Shown in pieces: positions 53,620-63,411 of a stretch of DNA of 64,000 nt. A program made the position numbers and the translations under genes. Below the pieces are notes generated by a model. The model had not been told where the DNA came from. It searched no databases and saw only the letters and a list, made by a program, of their open reading frames with translations. How positions within the stretch are numbered: the stretch's first letter is position 1; the number at the start of each line of letters is the position of its first letter. This stretch comes from an uncultured Acidobacteriota bacterium (GTDB taxonomy: Bacteria; Acidobacteriota; UBA6911): NCBI GenBank assembly GCA_963843575.1, contig CAWJKZ010000004.1:1-64000 (forward strand), written 5' to 3'.

Positions 53620-54051
53620 CTACAAAAACATCGGCGACTTGAGCCACTTCCTGGCGGTCACCACGGTTCCATGGCTTGGTCCTGAAACAACCTCGAATTC
53701 ATCCATCAGCCGCCGGGAGCCAGACAGGCCCAACCCGAGACTTCCGGAAGTCGAGTAGCCTCCCTGCAGAGCTCGCTGGACGTTGGGAATCCCGGGACCG
53801 TTGTCGTGGGCGACGATGCTCAGCCCGCGCTCGCGCCCCTCGCCGCATGAGGGCTTCAGCAGAACTTCGCCGCAGCGCGCATAGCGGACGATGTTACCGG
53901 CCAACTCGGAGATTACCGTGGCGATGGCGGTCAGGTCCGTGGGTAGAAAACCCAGCTGTCGAGCAAGAGTACGGCCGTGGCGGCGGGCAACGACGATATC
54001 GCGATCCGTACCAATTCGTACCTGAACTTCACAGAGGGCTTCGGCGGTCAT
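53620..54051 (-). CDS. rsbT: RsbT-like anti-sigma regulatory Ser/Thr kinase
   Basis: DIVVARR, IATVISELAGNIVRYA, DNGPGI, GYSTSGSLGLGLSGSRRLMDEF. Confidence 0.88.
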   Translation of the reverse strand: MTAEALCEVQVRIGTDRDIVVARRHGRTLARQLGFLPTDLTAIATVISELAGNIVRYARCGEVLLKPSCGEGRERGLSIVAHDNGPGIPNVQRALQGGYSTSGSLGLGLSGSRRLMDEFEVVSGPSHGTVVTARKWLKSPMFL

Positions 54052-54476
54052 CGTCCAATTCGTCGCCTGCGAGGACAAGGCAATGACAGGCACTTTGGTC
54101 AGAAGATTACAGGAACTCAGGAGGAAATCAAGCGTCGATCGTGCAAAAGCAGGGCAGTGAGAGACCTGAAGGACAACGTTCCCCGGCGGTGGGGGGGTTG
54201 CCTCATAACTAATGTCCTTTGATTCGGTTACCGACATCGAGATCAGCGCTCCATCGACTCGGAAAGGCGAATTGTATTTGAATTTCAATATCCATACAAG
54301 AGCAACATGGTAGCGGGGCTACGGCATGCACCTTACGGTACTTCAGGGTTTACCCAGCGGTCCGATAAAGCATTCACCTGCTTGCCGGACCCGGCGCCGA
54401 ATCGTATGCTTCTGGCGCTTTGGCTAATCTATACTTTTGCCTGTCCAACGTATCGGCTCGGAATGGGTCTGTCCCA

Positions 54477-55166
54477 ATGAGGAGCAAGAGCAACCCTACG
54501 GCGCGACCGGAATCGCACATCACGGTCTGTCTTTTCTCGACTCACCCGCTGGTGCTGCCGGAGCTTCAGCGCTTTCTGGGTCCCCTGCGCGCTCACAGCC
54601 TGGCCCGCCTCTTGAAGATTTCCTCGGTTACGGATTTGAATCGCGTCCCCTGCCCGGGGGCGCAGGTCTATGTGGTCGACAGCCAAAGCACCGGGCCGGT
54701 GACGGAGGGGCTGGTCGCCCTGATCCGTGGGCACCGGCGTAATGCGCGCGTTATCATACTGGCGGAGGACGTGGAGGATTCCCGCAGTTTCCCGCTGCTT
54801 CACCTGGGCGTGAAGGGACTGGTCCGATACCGGGAGGTCGCCAGGCAGCTGCCCAAGGCGGTTCGGATGGTCGCCAGGGGGGGGTTCTGGATTCCACGCA
54901 AGGTCATGTCGGACTACTTGGCGCTGCTTCAGAGCGGCCGGCGCGCCCCCCTGTCGTCCCGGGCGGGGGGCAAACTCAGCCGACGGGAAAAAGAGGTTCT
55001 CGAACTCCTGTTGAAGAGCCTTTCGAACAAAGAGATCTCTTCGAGCCTGAACATTTCCGAAAGCACCGTCAAGTTCCACATTTCGAATATCTTCCATCAC
55101 TACGGCGTACAGCGCCGGGCGGATCTGATTCTGCAGTCCATGCAGGGAACCGTCACCGTCCACTGA
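54477..55166 (+). CDS. LuxR-family regulator with degenerate receiver domain
   Basis: HTH LSRREKEVLELL...SNKEI...STVKFHISNIF; the REC-like N-terminus lacks the acidic DD pocket. Confidence 0.85.
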   Translation: MRSKSNPTARPESHITVCLFSTHPLVLPELQRFLGPLRAHSLARLLKISSVTDLNRVPCPGAQVYVVDSQSTGPVTEGLVALIRGHRRNARVIILAEDVEDSRSFPLLHLGVKGLVRYREVARQLPKAVRMVARGGFWIPRKVMSDYLALLQSGRRAPLSSRAGGKLSRREKEVLELLLKSLSNKEISSSLNISESTVKFHISNIFHHYGVQRRADLILQSMQGTVTVH

Positions 55167-55324
55167 GTGTGAGACGAGGAGTTGGGTTCCGGTCAGGCGT
55201 GGTGCGGCTTCAGCCGTTGCCGGGCCATACGACAGGCGTTGAAGCTTGGATCGTGCTACCTTGACAGGGACGAGGCAAAGGTTGAAGTCCCGGCGTTTCG
55301 GGACGATCAGTTCATGGGGGTCAT

Positions 55325-56329
55325 ATGCGGGTTTTGATCACGGGCGGAGCCGGCTTCATAGCTTTTCATCTCGCGTCGAGGCTGCTGGAGCGACGGCACG
55401 AGGTTGTCCTGCTCGACAATCTGAACGAGTTCTACGACCCTGAACTCAAGCGCCGCAACGTGCGCGACCTGCAGCTCGGCGCCCCGGTGGCCTTCTACGA
55501 GAACGACATCCTCGACGTCGAGGCGCTTGGGCGTGTTTTCCAGCGCACGAGGCCCGAGGCCGTCGTGCACCTCGCGGCCTGGGCCGGCGTCCGGCCCTCG
55601 CTCGAGAAACCGCGAATTTACGCCGACGTCAATGTGACGGGCACGGTGAACGTGCTCGAACGTGCCCGCGAACACGGGGTGCGCGCGTTTATATTCGGGT
55701 CCTCTTCCTCGGTCTACGGGGGAAACGAGAAGGTGCCGTTTTCGGAGGACGACCCAGTGGATCGGCCGGTCTCCCCGTATGCGGCGACCAAGAAGGCGGG
55801 CGAACTGCTCTGCCACACCTACGCCCACAATTACGGTATGCACATCACCTGCCTGCGCTTTTTCACCGTCTACGGTCCCCGGCAGCGGCCCGAAATGGCG
55901 ATCCACAAGTTCGCGAACCTGATCTGGGCCGGCGACGAGGTTCCGGTCTACGGCGACGGCGGCAGCCGGCGCGATTACACCTATGTGGACGACATCGTGT
56001 CGGGCATCGAAGCGGCCATAGAGGTCAACCCGCCGTTTGCCGTGTTGAACCTCGGCGAGTCCCACACGATCACACTGCTCGGCCTGATACGCCAACTCGA
56101 AACGGCCCTGGGAAAGAAAGCCAGTCTCCGGTTCCTGCCCGACCAGCCCGGGGACATGGCCGTTACCTTTGCCGATATCAGCCGCGCCCGCGACCTGCTG
56201 GGCTACCGCCCGGGGACGCCCGTGGAAGATGGCATACGCAAGTTCGCGCAGTGGTTCCTGCAGGGCCGGACGTCGGATGTCCATCCTTCCGGCCCGGGAG
56301 CCTTTGAACCTACCATCCGGGTACCGTAG
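55325..56329 (+). CDS. UDP-glucuronate 4-epimerase-like SDR
   Basis: TGGAGFI, HLAAWAGVRPS, SSSSVYG, YAATK, RFFTVYGPRQRPEMA. Confidence 0.9.
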   Translation: MRVLITGGAGFIAFHLASRLLERRHEVVLLDNLNEFYDPELKRRNVRDLQLGAPVAFYENDILDVEALGRVFQRTRPEAVVHLAAWAGVRPSLEKPRIYADVNVTGTVNVLERAREHGVRAFIFGSSSSVYGGNEKVPFSEDDPVDRPVSPYAATKKAGELLCHTYAHNYGMHITCLRFFTVYGPRQRPEMAIHKFANLIWAGDEVPVYGDGGSRRDYTYVDDIVSGIEAAIEVNPPFAVLNLGESHTITLLGLIRQLETALGKKASLRFLPDQPGDMAVTFADISRARDLLGYRPGTPVEDGIRKFAQWFLQGRTSDVHPSGPGAFEPTIRVP

Positions 56330-56486
56330 GTGAGGCCATGTCAGACAGAGTCCTTCTCGAGGTGCGCCGCGGGCCCCGCCTCGAAAGCCCGAAGGGCTCG
56401 AAGAGTCCCAGCGGACTCTCGCGCGATCCCTTAGAGTGCCCGCGACTGCAGCCATTCAAGAACTGGAGTTCAGGGGAGAGAGCCAC

Positions 56487-57848
56487 ATGAACATTTCGGT
56501 CATCGGCACCGGGTACGTCGGGTTGGTCACGGGTGCTTGCTTCGCAGAATTCGGCCTCAAGGTGACGTGCGTCGATAAGGACAAGAAAAAGATCCAGGAG
56601 CTTTCCCAGGCGAAGATCCCTATCTACGAGCCAGGGTTGGAGGAAATCGTGCGCCGGAACATGGCCACCGGCTTCCTGCGCTTCACTTCCGACATCGATG
56701 AGACGATTCAGAACTCGCTGGCCACCTTCATCGCCGTGGGGACGCCCTCGCGCTCGGACGGCAGCGCGGATCTCTCCTATGTGGATGAAGTCGCCGAGGC
56801 GATCGCCCGGAACCTGACGGGGTACAAGGTGATCGTCACCAAGAGCACGGTCCCGGTCGGGACCGGTGACCGAATCCGTGCGACCATCGAGAAGGTGCTC
56901 GAAAAGAAGCCGGCAGCGGCGGCGGGCTCGACCGGCTCCTTTCAGGTTTCCACCAACGGGCACCGGCCGTTGTTCGACGTCGTGTCCAACCCCGAGTTCC
57001 TGCGCGAAGGGAGTGCGGTGGAGGATTTCCTGCACCCGGACCGCATCGTCATCGGCGCCGACAGCGAACACGCCGTCGCGATTCTGAAGGACCTGTACAG
57101 CCCGCTCTATCTGGGGGGGAAGGCCAAGTTCGTCATCACGGACGTGCGCACCGCGGAACTCATCAAGTACGCCACCAACGCCTACCTGGCTACCAAAATC
57201 ACCTTCATCAACGAAATCGCGAACCTGTGCGACATCGTCGGTTCGAACGTGCTCACGATCGCCAGCGCCCTCGGCATGGACGGCCGCATCAGCCCCAAAT
57301 TCCTGAACCCGGGACCCGGTTATGGCGGATCGTGCTTCCCCAAGGACACACGCGCGCTCTGGAAGATTGCCGAAGGGGCCGGCTATCACTTCGATGTGCT
57401 CGACGCCGTGATTCGCGCCAACGAGCGCCAGCACAAAATCATGGTGGAGAAAATCAAGAAGGCCACCGGGGGGCTGCGCGGCAAGATCATCGGGATGCTC
57501 GGCCTTTCCTTCAAACCGAACACCGACGACATCAGGGAATCCCCCGCCATTGCCATCGCCCGCGAGCTCAAAAAGGGAGGCGCCGTGGTGCGCGCCTGCG
57601 ACCCGGCGGCGGCACAGGCCGCCAAGGGCGAACTTCCCGGGCTAGTGATCTGCGGCGACGTGGACACCGTCGCGCGCGGGGCCGACGCGCTGGTCATCGC
57701 CACCGAGTGGAATCAGTTCCGCAACCTGGACCTTGCCCGCCTCAAGAAACTGCTCCGGACGCCGCTCCTCGTTGACCTGCGGAACATCTACATCCCCTCC
57801 CGGGTGAGGGAAGCGGGATTTGAGTACGTAGGAGTCGGCCAGTCCTAA
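56487..57848 (+). CDS. ugd: UDP-glucose 6-dehydrogenase
   Basis: GTGYVGL, KSTVPVGT, SNPEFLREG, GYGGSCFPKD, FKPNTDDIRESP. Confidence 0.95.
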   Translation: MNISVIGTGYVGLVTGACFAEFGLKVTCVDKDKKKIQELSQAKIPIYEPGLEEIVRRNMATGFLRFTSDIDETIQNSLATFIAVGTPSRSDGSADLSYVDEVAEAIARNLTGYKVIVTKSTVPVGTGDRIRATIEKVLEKKPAAAAGSTGSFQVSTNGHRPLFDVVSNPEFLREGSAVEDFLHPDRIVIGADSEHAVAILKDLYSPLYLGGKAKFVITDVRTAELIKYATNAYLATKITFINEIANLCDIVGSNVLTIASALGMDGRISPKFLNPGPGYGGSCFPKDTRALWKIAEGAGYHFDVLDAVIRANERQHKIMVEKIKKATGGLRGKIIGMLGLSFKPNTDDIRESPAIAIARELKKGGAVVRACDPAAAQAAKGELPGLVICGDVDTVARGADALVIATEWNQFRNLDLARLKKLLRTPLLVDLRNIYIPSRVREAGFEYVGVGQS

Positions 57849-57906
57849 GCACCGCACAATCACCAATAACGGGACGCGGATGGACGCGGGCTTCCGGCTT
57901 CTGTCT

Positions 57907-59586
57907 CTAGAGCGGGATGTCGACCACGACCGAGCTTCCGCCCTCGGGCAGAGAGCGAATGTGCACCTTGCCGCCGAGGGCCGCGGCGCGCTCCGTTATG
58001 GACGCGGGCGTGAAGATGGCGGCGGCGTCCTTTCTCGAATTGTCTTCAGCGATCTCCAGCCGGAGCGTTCCGTTGTAGCAGGCGAGCCGGACGGTGGCAC
58101 CGGTGGCGCGTGTGTGCTTTCGGATGTTGCTCAGGCCCTCCGCCATCATGTGGAACGTCTCGGCAGCGAGGCGGTTGTTGGCGTGAATGTCCCCTTCGAC
58201 TTCCAGCCGGACGGCAAGACCGGTCGCGACGCTGAATTTCGTGGCAAACCGTCGCATTGCCGGCAAAAGCCCCCCCTCCGAGCCTCCCTCCTTCAAACCG
58301 GCCACATATCGGCGCAGGTCGTCGATCCCATACTGGGCAAGGGTCATCAGATGCTCGATCTGCGCCGCCAATTCGGGACAGTCTGCCCCGGTCTTCTTCC
58401 GGATTGCGGTCAAGCCCATCTGGAGGCCGATGTAAGGTTGAATGACGCTGTCGTGGATGTCCCGGGCAATTCGGTTCCTCTCTTCCTCGGCAGCATGGCC
58501 CGCCAGCTGCTCGACCAGTTGGATGTTCTCGATGATCGGGAGGACGTGGTCGATCAGCTCGAGCAGGAAGCGCATGTCCGAGGGACGGAATAGGTACCTG
58601 TCCGATTCCAGGTAGAGCCGAGCCGCGCTCTCGCTCCTGTAGGAAATGGGCACCGTGACGAAGGATTTCGCGTCGAGGATGGCGGCCACATTCTCGCACT
58701 TCTCATTTCTTCCGCGGGTCACCCGGCCGAACTCGACGTCCAGCAAATGGCAGCTCCGTCCGAGATGCAACCACCCCTCGTTGTTCGCGTTGTGGACTGC
58801 TGCGTACTCGGGCGGCAGCTCCAGCAACCGGAGCCCAAACTCGGCGGGGATCCTCTCCGCTTGCGCGGAGGCTTCCGGGTCGCGCCCGTCCGTGCTGCGC
58901 AGCCGGAATCCCGCCGCATTTTTCACCACCAGCAGACACGATCGCGCGCCGTAGAACTCCTTCAGCCGCTCCAGAATCGAACCCACGGTCCGGTCGATGC
59001 CAAACCGGGGATTGGACGACGACGTTACTTCCTTGAGCAGCTCTAGACGCCGCTTGAGCGTGATCTCCGACTGTCCCCAATGCGCCATCATGTAGCCGAG
59101 TGCGAACAGCCATGCGGTCGGCGGAGCGAATCGATAAGCGTCGAACTCGCGGCCGAGGACGAAAAACCCGATGCCGTTGATCGCCACGAGGGACAACACG
59201 GATACCGCTGTCGTGCGCAAGCCCGCGGCAAACCCGTCGCGAAAAGACGCGATGAAGATGGGGAACAGGTAGGAAAAGGAAAATATGCCGCCTGTGTTCC
59301 CTGTGATCCCGACCAACAGGGAGCACCACGCGACATCCACCCAATGGGCGTGCGCGTTGAATCTCTGGGCGGACAGCTCGTGGCGCCGCAACCCCATGTG
59401 CAGCCAGAGCGCATAAAGGCTGTACAGGGCCAGCGCGACGGCCACGCGATTCCGGTGAGGCTCGTGCAGGATAACGAGCAACAGCTGCGCGGAAAGTGTC
59501 AGCGCGATCCGTGTGATAGAGATCAGCTGTTCCTCCGGTTCGCGAGCTTCTTCCGCGACCGCGATTGACATTCCCGAACTCCGCAT
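57907..59586 (-). CDS. Membrane sensor histidine kinase (HisKA_3) with atypical ATPase domain
   Basis: N-terminal TMs, EERNRIARDIHDSVIQ H-box, EGLSNIRKH N-box, ERAAALGG. Confidence 0.88.
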   Translation of the reverse strand: MRSSGMSIAVAEEAREPEEQLISITRIALTLSAQLLLVILHEPHRNRVAVALALYSLYALWLHMGLRRHELSAQRFNAHAHWVDVAWCSLLVGITGNTGGIFSFSYLFPIFIASFRDGFAAGLRTTAVSVLSLVAINGIGFFVLGREFDAYRFAPPTAWLFALGYMMAHWGQSEITLKRRLELLKEVTSSSNPRFGIDRTVGSILERLKEFYGARSCLLVVKNAAGFRLRSTDGRDPEASAQAERIPAEFGLRLLELPPEYAAVHNANNEGWLHLGRSCHLLDVEFGRVTRGRNEKCENVAAILDAKSFVTVPISYRSESAARLYLESDRYLFRPSDMRFLLELIDHVLPIIENIQLVEQLAGHAAEEERNRIARDIHDSVIQPYIGLQMGLTAIRKKTGADCPELAAQIEHLMTLAQYGIDDLRRYVAGLKEGGSEGGLLPAMRRFATKFSVATGLAVRLEVEGDIHANNRLAAETFHMMAEGLSNIRKHTRATGATVRLACYNGTLRLEIAEDNSRKDAAAIFTPASITERAAALGGKVHIRSLPEGGSSVVVDIPL

Positions 59587-59693
59587 GGCGCTCTATGGTT
59601 TGGTACCGGTACCGCTACCCGAGTGGTGTCCATATTGTAGCAGAATCCCAAGCTTCGACAAGCTGAACCGGCTCACCGGGTTGCCCGGGCATT

Positions 59694-59748
59694 TGGAGTG
59701 CGGCGGCTCGACGCCGCTTTGGTGTCGGCGCCTCGGCGCCGCACTCCA
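59694..59748. repeat. REP-like palindrome (GGAGTGCGGCG family)
   Basis: tggagtgcggcg ... cgccgcactcca terminal inverted repeat with internal hairpins. Confidence 0.65.
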
Positions 59749-60010
59749 GGTTGCTCCAGTTCGTCGGATTGCTTCCCGCGGGAACTGATGCTACGTTTAC
59801 AGGCAAGGTGTAGGTTCCAGGTGTGGGCCGCGGCGGCCCGCCGCAGCCCCCGTCCATTGCCTTAGTACACAGTCTCATAAGTACGCTGACGTATTTTTCG
59901 GGACGCAGAACAACACGGGCGATGAAAAACCAAAGCCAAAACAGAACGCAGATTCCGCGGATCCAACGGATTCACGCGGATCAACCGGGGATGCCGGAGA
60001 GGAGTGACTC

Positions 60011-61127
60011 ATGAGTGGAGTGCGGGTGTTGGTGGGTACGCGCAAGGGCGCTTTCATCCTGACGTCGGACGCGGGCCGCAAGCGCTGGAACGTCAGCGGG
60101 CCACAGTTTGCGGGCTGGGAGATGTACCACATCAAGGGGTCCCCCGCCGATCCGAACAGGATTTATGCGTCGCAGACCAGCGGCTGGTTCGGGCAGCAGA
60201 TCCAGCGCTCCGACGACGGCGGCAAGACCTGGGAGGCGGTCGGCAACAAGTTCGTCTACGACGGCGTCCCGGGCACCCACCAGTGGTACGACGGCACGCT
60301 CCGCCCCTGGGAATTCAAGCGGGTGTGGCATCTCGAGCCATCGCTGACGGATCCCGACACGGTCTATGCGGGTGTCGAAGACGCGGCCTTGTTCCGCTCG
60401 ACCGATGCCGGCAAAACGTGGGTAGAACTCGCCGGGCCTCCGCAACCACGACACGGGGCCGCACTGGCAGCCAGGGGCCGGAGGGATGTGCCTCCACACG
60501 ATCCTGTTGGACCCGGACAATCCCGGGCGCATGTTCATCGCCATCTCGGCTGCAGGCGCGTTCCGGACCGACGACGCCGGCAAGACATGGCAGCCGGTCA
60601 ATCGCGGGCTGAGGTCCGAATACATCCCCGACCCGACAGCGGAGGTCGGCCACTGCGTTCACCGCATCGCCATGCACCGATCGCGCCCGGGCGTGCTCTT
60701 CATGCAGAAGCACTGGGATGTCATGCGCAGCGACGACGCCGGGGATTCATGGCACGAGGTCAGCGGCAACCTGCCGACCGATTTTGGCTTTCCCATCGAC
60801 GTGCACGCGCACGAGCCTGACACCATCTACGTCGTCCCGATCAAGAGCGACTCGGAGCACTACCCGCCGGACGGGAAGCTGCGGGTGTACCGCAGCCGGA
60901 CGGGCGGGAACGAGTGGGAGGCGCTCACCAAGGGCCTCCCGCAGCGCAACTGCTACGTAAACGTGCTGCGCGACGCGATGGCCGTCGACTCGCTCGATGC
61001 CTGCGGGGTGTACTTCGGCACCACCGGGGGTCAGGTGTACGCTTCGGCCGACGCCGGGAACAGCTGGGCTCCCATCGTCCGGGACCTCCCGGCCGTGCTG
61101 TCCGTGGAGGTGCAGACGCTGTCATGA
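60011..61127 (+). CDS. BNR/Asp-box beta-propeller protein; frameshift near 60440
   Basis: [10 protein letters not shown], repeated (S/T)xDxGxTW boxes, [10 protein letters not shown]. Confidence 0.88.
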
Positions 61128-61420
61128 TCCGAGTCCATCTCCCGGCGCACCTGCGGATGCTGGCGCGCGTCGACGGCGAGGTGAAGCTCGAGGTCGAGGG
61201 GCGGGCCACGACGCGCTCGGTGCTCGACGCACTCGAGGCGCGTTATCCCGTGCTGCGCGGCACCATCCGCGATCACGTCACGCATCGGCGGCGCCCTTTC
61301 GTGCGGTTCTTCGCCTGCCAGCAGGACCTGTCCCACGACCCCCCCGACAAACCGCTCCCCGATGCGGTCGCTGCCGGGGACGAGCCATTCCTGGTGATCG
61401 GCGCCATCGCGGGCGGTTAA
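61124..61420 (+). CDS. MoaD/ThiS ubiquitin-like protein
   Basis: [10 protein letters not shown]...RPFVRFF...AIAGG C-terminal diglycine; ATGA overlap with the upstream gene. Confidence 0.9.
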   Translation: MIRVHLPAHLRMLARVDGEVKLEVEGRATTRSVLDALEARYPVLRGTIRDHVTHRRRPFVRFFACQQDLSHDPPDKPLPDAVAAGDEPFLVIGAIAGG

Positions 61421-61985
61421 CCCCCGGCTGGGGGAAACGGATCCGCGGCCGCCCGACGCGGCCCCGTTGAGCCAGCGACAGGCAACGCCCTCACCGGGAA
61501 GCGGGCAAGATGGCCGTTGCCGCCGGCGATCGCGGACCCACATGCCGCCTGGACGAGGCAGTCCCAGGGGGCGCAGATCAACCAGTGGCGCTCTATTACT
61601 CTCTTGATGTAAAATTGCTCCGCGCCCTGAAATCTCCGGCCTTCGAGGCAGGTATTCGTACGCGGGTCCGATACTCCAGAAGTTGCAGGACCCAACGAAT
61701 CCTCCGAAAGCGCCCGGCGTGTGCCGCCAATGGCATTTGCCATAGGCAAAAGCCACGCAAATGGCTCCAAGCGTTGTTGGTGATGCCTCGCGTTGTGGAA
61801 ACTGCTACTCGATCTGGGGGTAATGTCGAGCATCTTTTATGGTTCGCAGCTTATCCCGCACTCGCCGCAAACCTTGTTGATCATGGCGGATTCCGCGAGC
61901 GGCAGCACGCCGAGGTGTGTTGGCCGCGACTGAGCACCGTAACGTCTCGACGCGGCAGGCGCACGGCGGTGTATTAAGAGGACTC

Positions 61986-62006
61986 TATGGCATGAGTCTT
62001 GCCATA
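61986..62006 (+). promoter_or_regulatory. Candidate sigma54 -24/-12 promoter or palindromic operator
   Basis: TGGCAT-GAGTC-TTGC (GG-N10-GC) embedded in the palindrome TATGGCA-N7-TGCCATA, ~110 bp upstream of the efflux operon. Confidence 0.5.
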
Positions 62007-62115
62007 ACCCCCGCTTCGATAACCTTGGCACTGGATTATCGTGCGGACATGTTCGTACAGGAATAATTCGCAGTCGCTCGACGCTGATAACGTGATCGAC
62101 GCAAGGAGTTGCCGC

Positions 62116-63399
62116 ATGCCGTTCAGCAACTGGTGTAAATATGTTGCCGCCACTGTCTTCCTCGTCGCGGGACTGCTCTTATCCGGCTGCAAATCGCAAA
62201 CGGCTCCTCCCCCGGCAGGCCCAGCCGAGGTCGCCGCCGTGACGCTTCAACCCGAACGCGTCGTGCTGACGACGGAGCTGCCGGGCCGCACATCCGCCTA
62301 CCTGGTCGCCGAAATCCGCCCGCAGGTCAATGGCCTTCTCCAGAAGCGCCTGTTTCAGGAAGGCGCCAATGTCAAGGCAGGCGACATTCTGTACCAGATC
62401 GATCCCAGCTCCATATCAGGCGGCTTACGACCAGGCCAAAGCCGCGTTGGCCACGGCTGAGGCGAACGTTGTCACGGCTGAGGCGAACGTTGTCATGGCT
62501 GAGGCAAACCTGCCGGCGATCCGGTCACGTGCCGAGCGCCTGAAGGGGCTCGTGGCCATCCACGCGGTCGGGCAGCAGGACTACGACGATGCCGGCTGCC
62601 GCTTTGCGGCAAGCCGAGGCCAACCTCCTGGTACGAAAGACGGCCGTGGAGGCAAACCGGACGGCCGTGGAGGTCAACCGGGCGACGATGGAGAGCGCCC
62701 GCATCAATCTGTCCTACACCCCCATCAAGGCGCCGATTTCCGGACGCATCGGCAAATCCAACATCACGGTCGGAGCGATGGTGACGGCCTATCAGCCCAT
62801 GCCGCTGGCGGTGATTCAGCAACTGGATCCCATCTACGTGGACGTGACCCAGGCCAGCGCGGATCTGCTGCGCCTGAGACGGAACCTGGAAAGCGGAAGC
62901 CTCACGCACGACGGCGCGAGCCAGAGAAAGGTCAAGCTGCTTCTCGAGGACGGGACGCCTATACTCGGGCAAGGCACGCTGCAATTCCGCGATGTCACGG
63001 TGGATCCGACGACGGGTTCGGTCACGCTGCGGCTGGTCTTCGCCAACCCCAAGCAGGTCCTTCTCCCGGGCATGTTCGTGCGCGCGGTCGTGGAGGAGGG
63101 TGTGAAAGAACAGGCTCTTCTTGTTCCCCAGCAGGGGGTGTCCCGCGACCCGAAGGGGAATCCCATCGCCCTGGTTGTGGATGACAACAACAAGGTAGTG
63201 CAGCGCGCGCTCGAACTGGACCGCGCCATGGGGGACAAATGGCTCGTCACCAAAGGATTGAGCCCCGGAGATCGAGTTATCGTCGAAGGGAGCTGAGAGG
63301 ATCCGCCCCGGTGCTTCGGTCCGCGCCGTCCCTTTCGCCGGACCGGCCGGGAACACACCGAAGGCCGGCGACAGCCAGCCCTCGGCGCAGGCAAAGTAG
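62116..63399 (+). CDS. acrA: RND efflux periplasmic adaptor (AcrA/MexA family), three apparent frameshifts
   Basis: Lipobox LLSGC, TELPGRT, EIRPQV, APISGRIG, QQLDPIYVD, LLVPQQGV; AAGGAG RBS. Confidence 0.9.
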
Positions 63400-63411
63400 G
63401 AGAGGGACTCA

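Noticed and set aside
54309-54322. c-di-GMP-I riboswitch (GGTAGCGGGGCTAC resembles its 3' end)
   Set aside because: The upstream GGCAAA/GAAA/GACGCAAAG elements are absent. An Infernal scan with the Rfam model would settle it.
61421-61985. ncRNA or small gene in the gap before acrA
   Set aside because: Only short hairpins and no recognisable ORF or RNA family were visible by eye.
5300-63300. Programmed frameshifting or mass pseudogenisation (about a dozen frameshifts)
   Set aside because: They are isolated indels in otherwise intact genes with no in-frame stops or slippery motifs, which is typical long-read consensus error.
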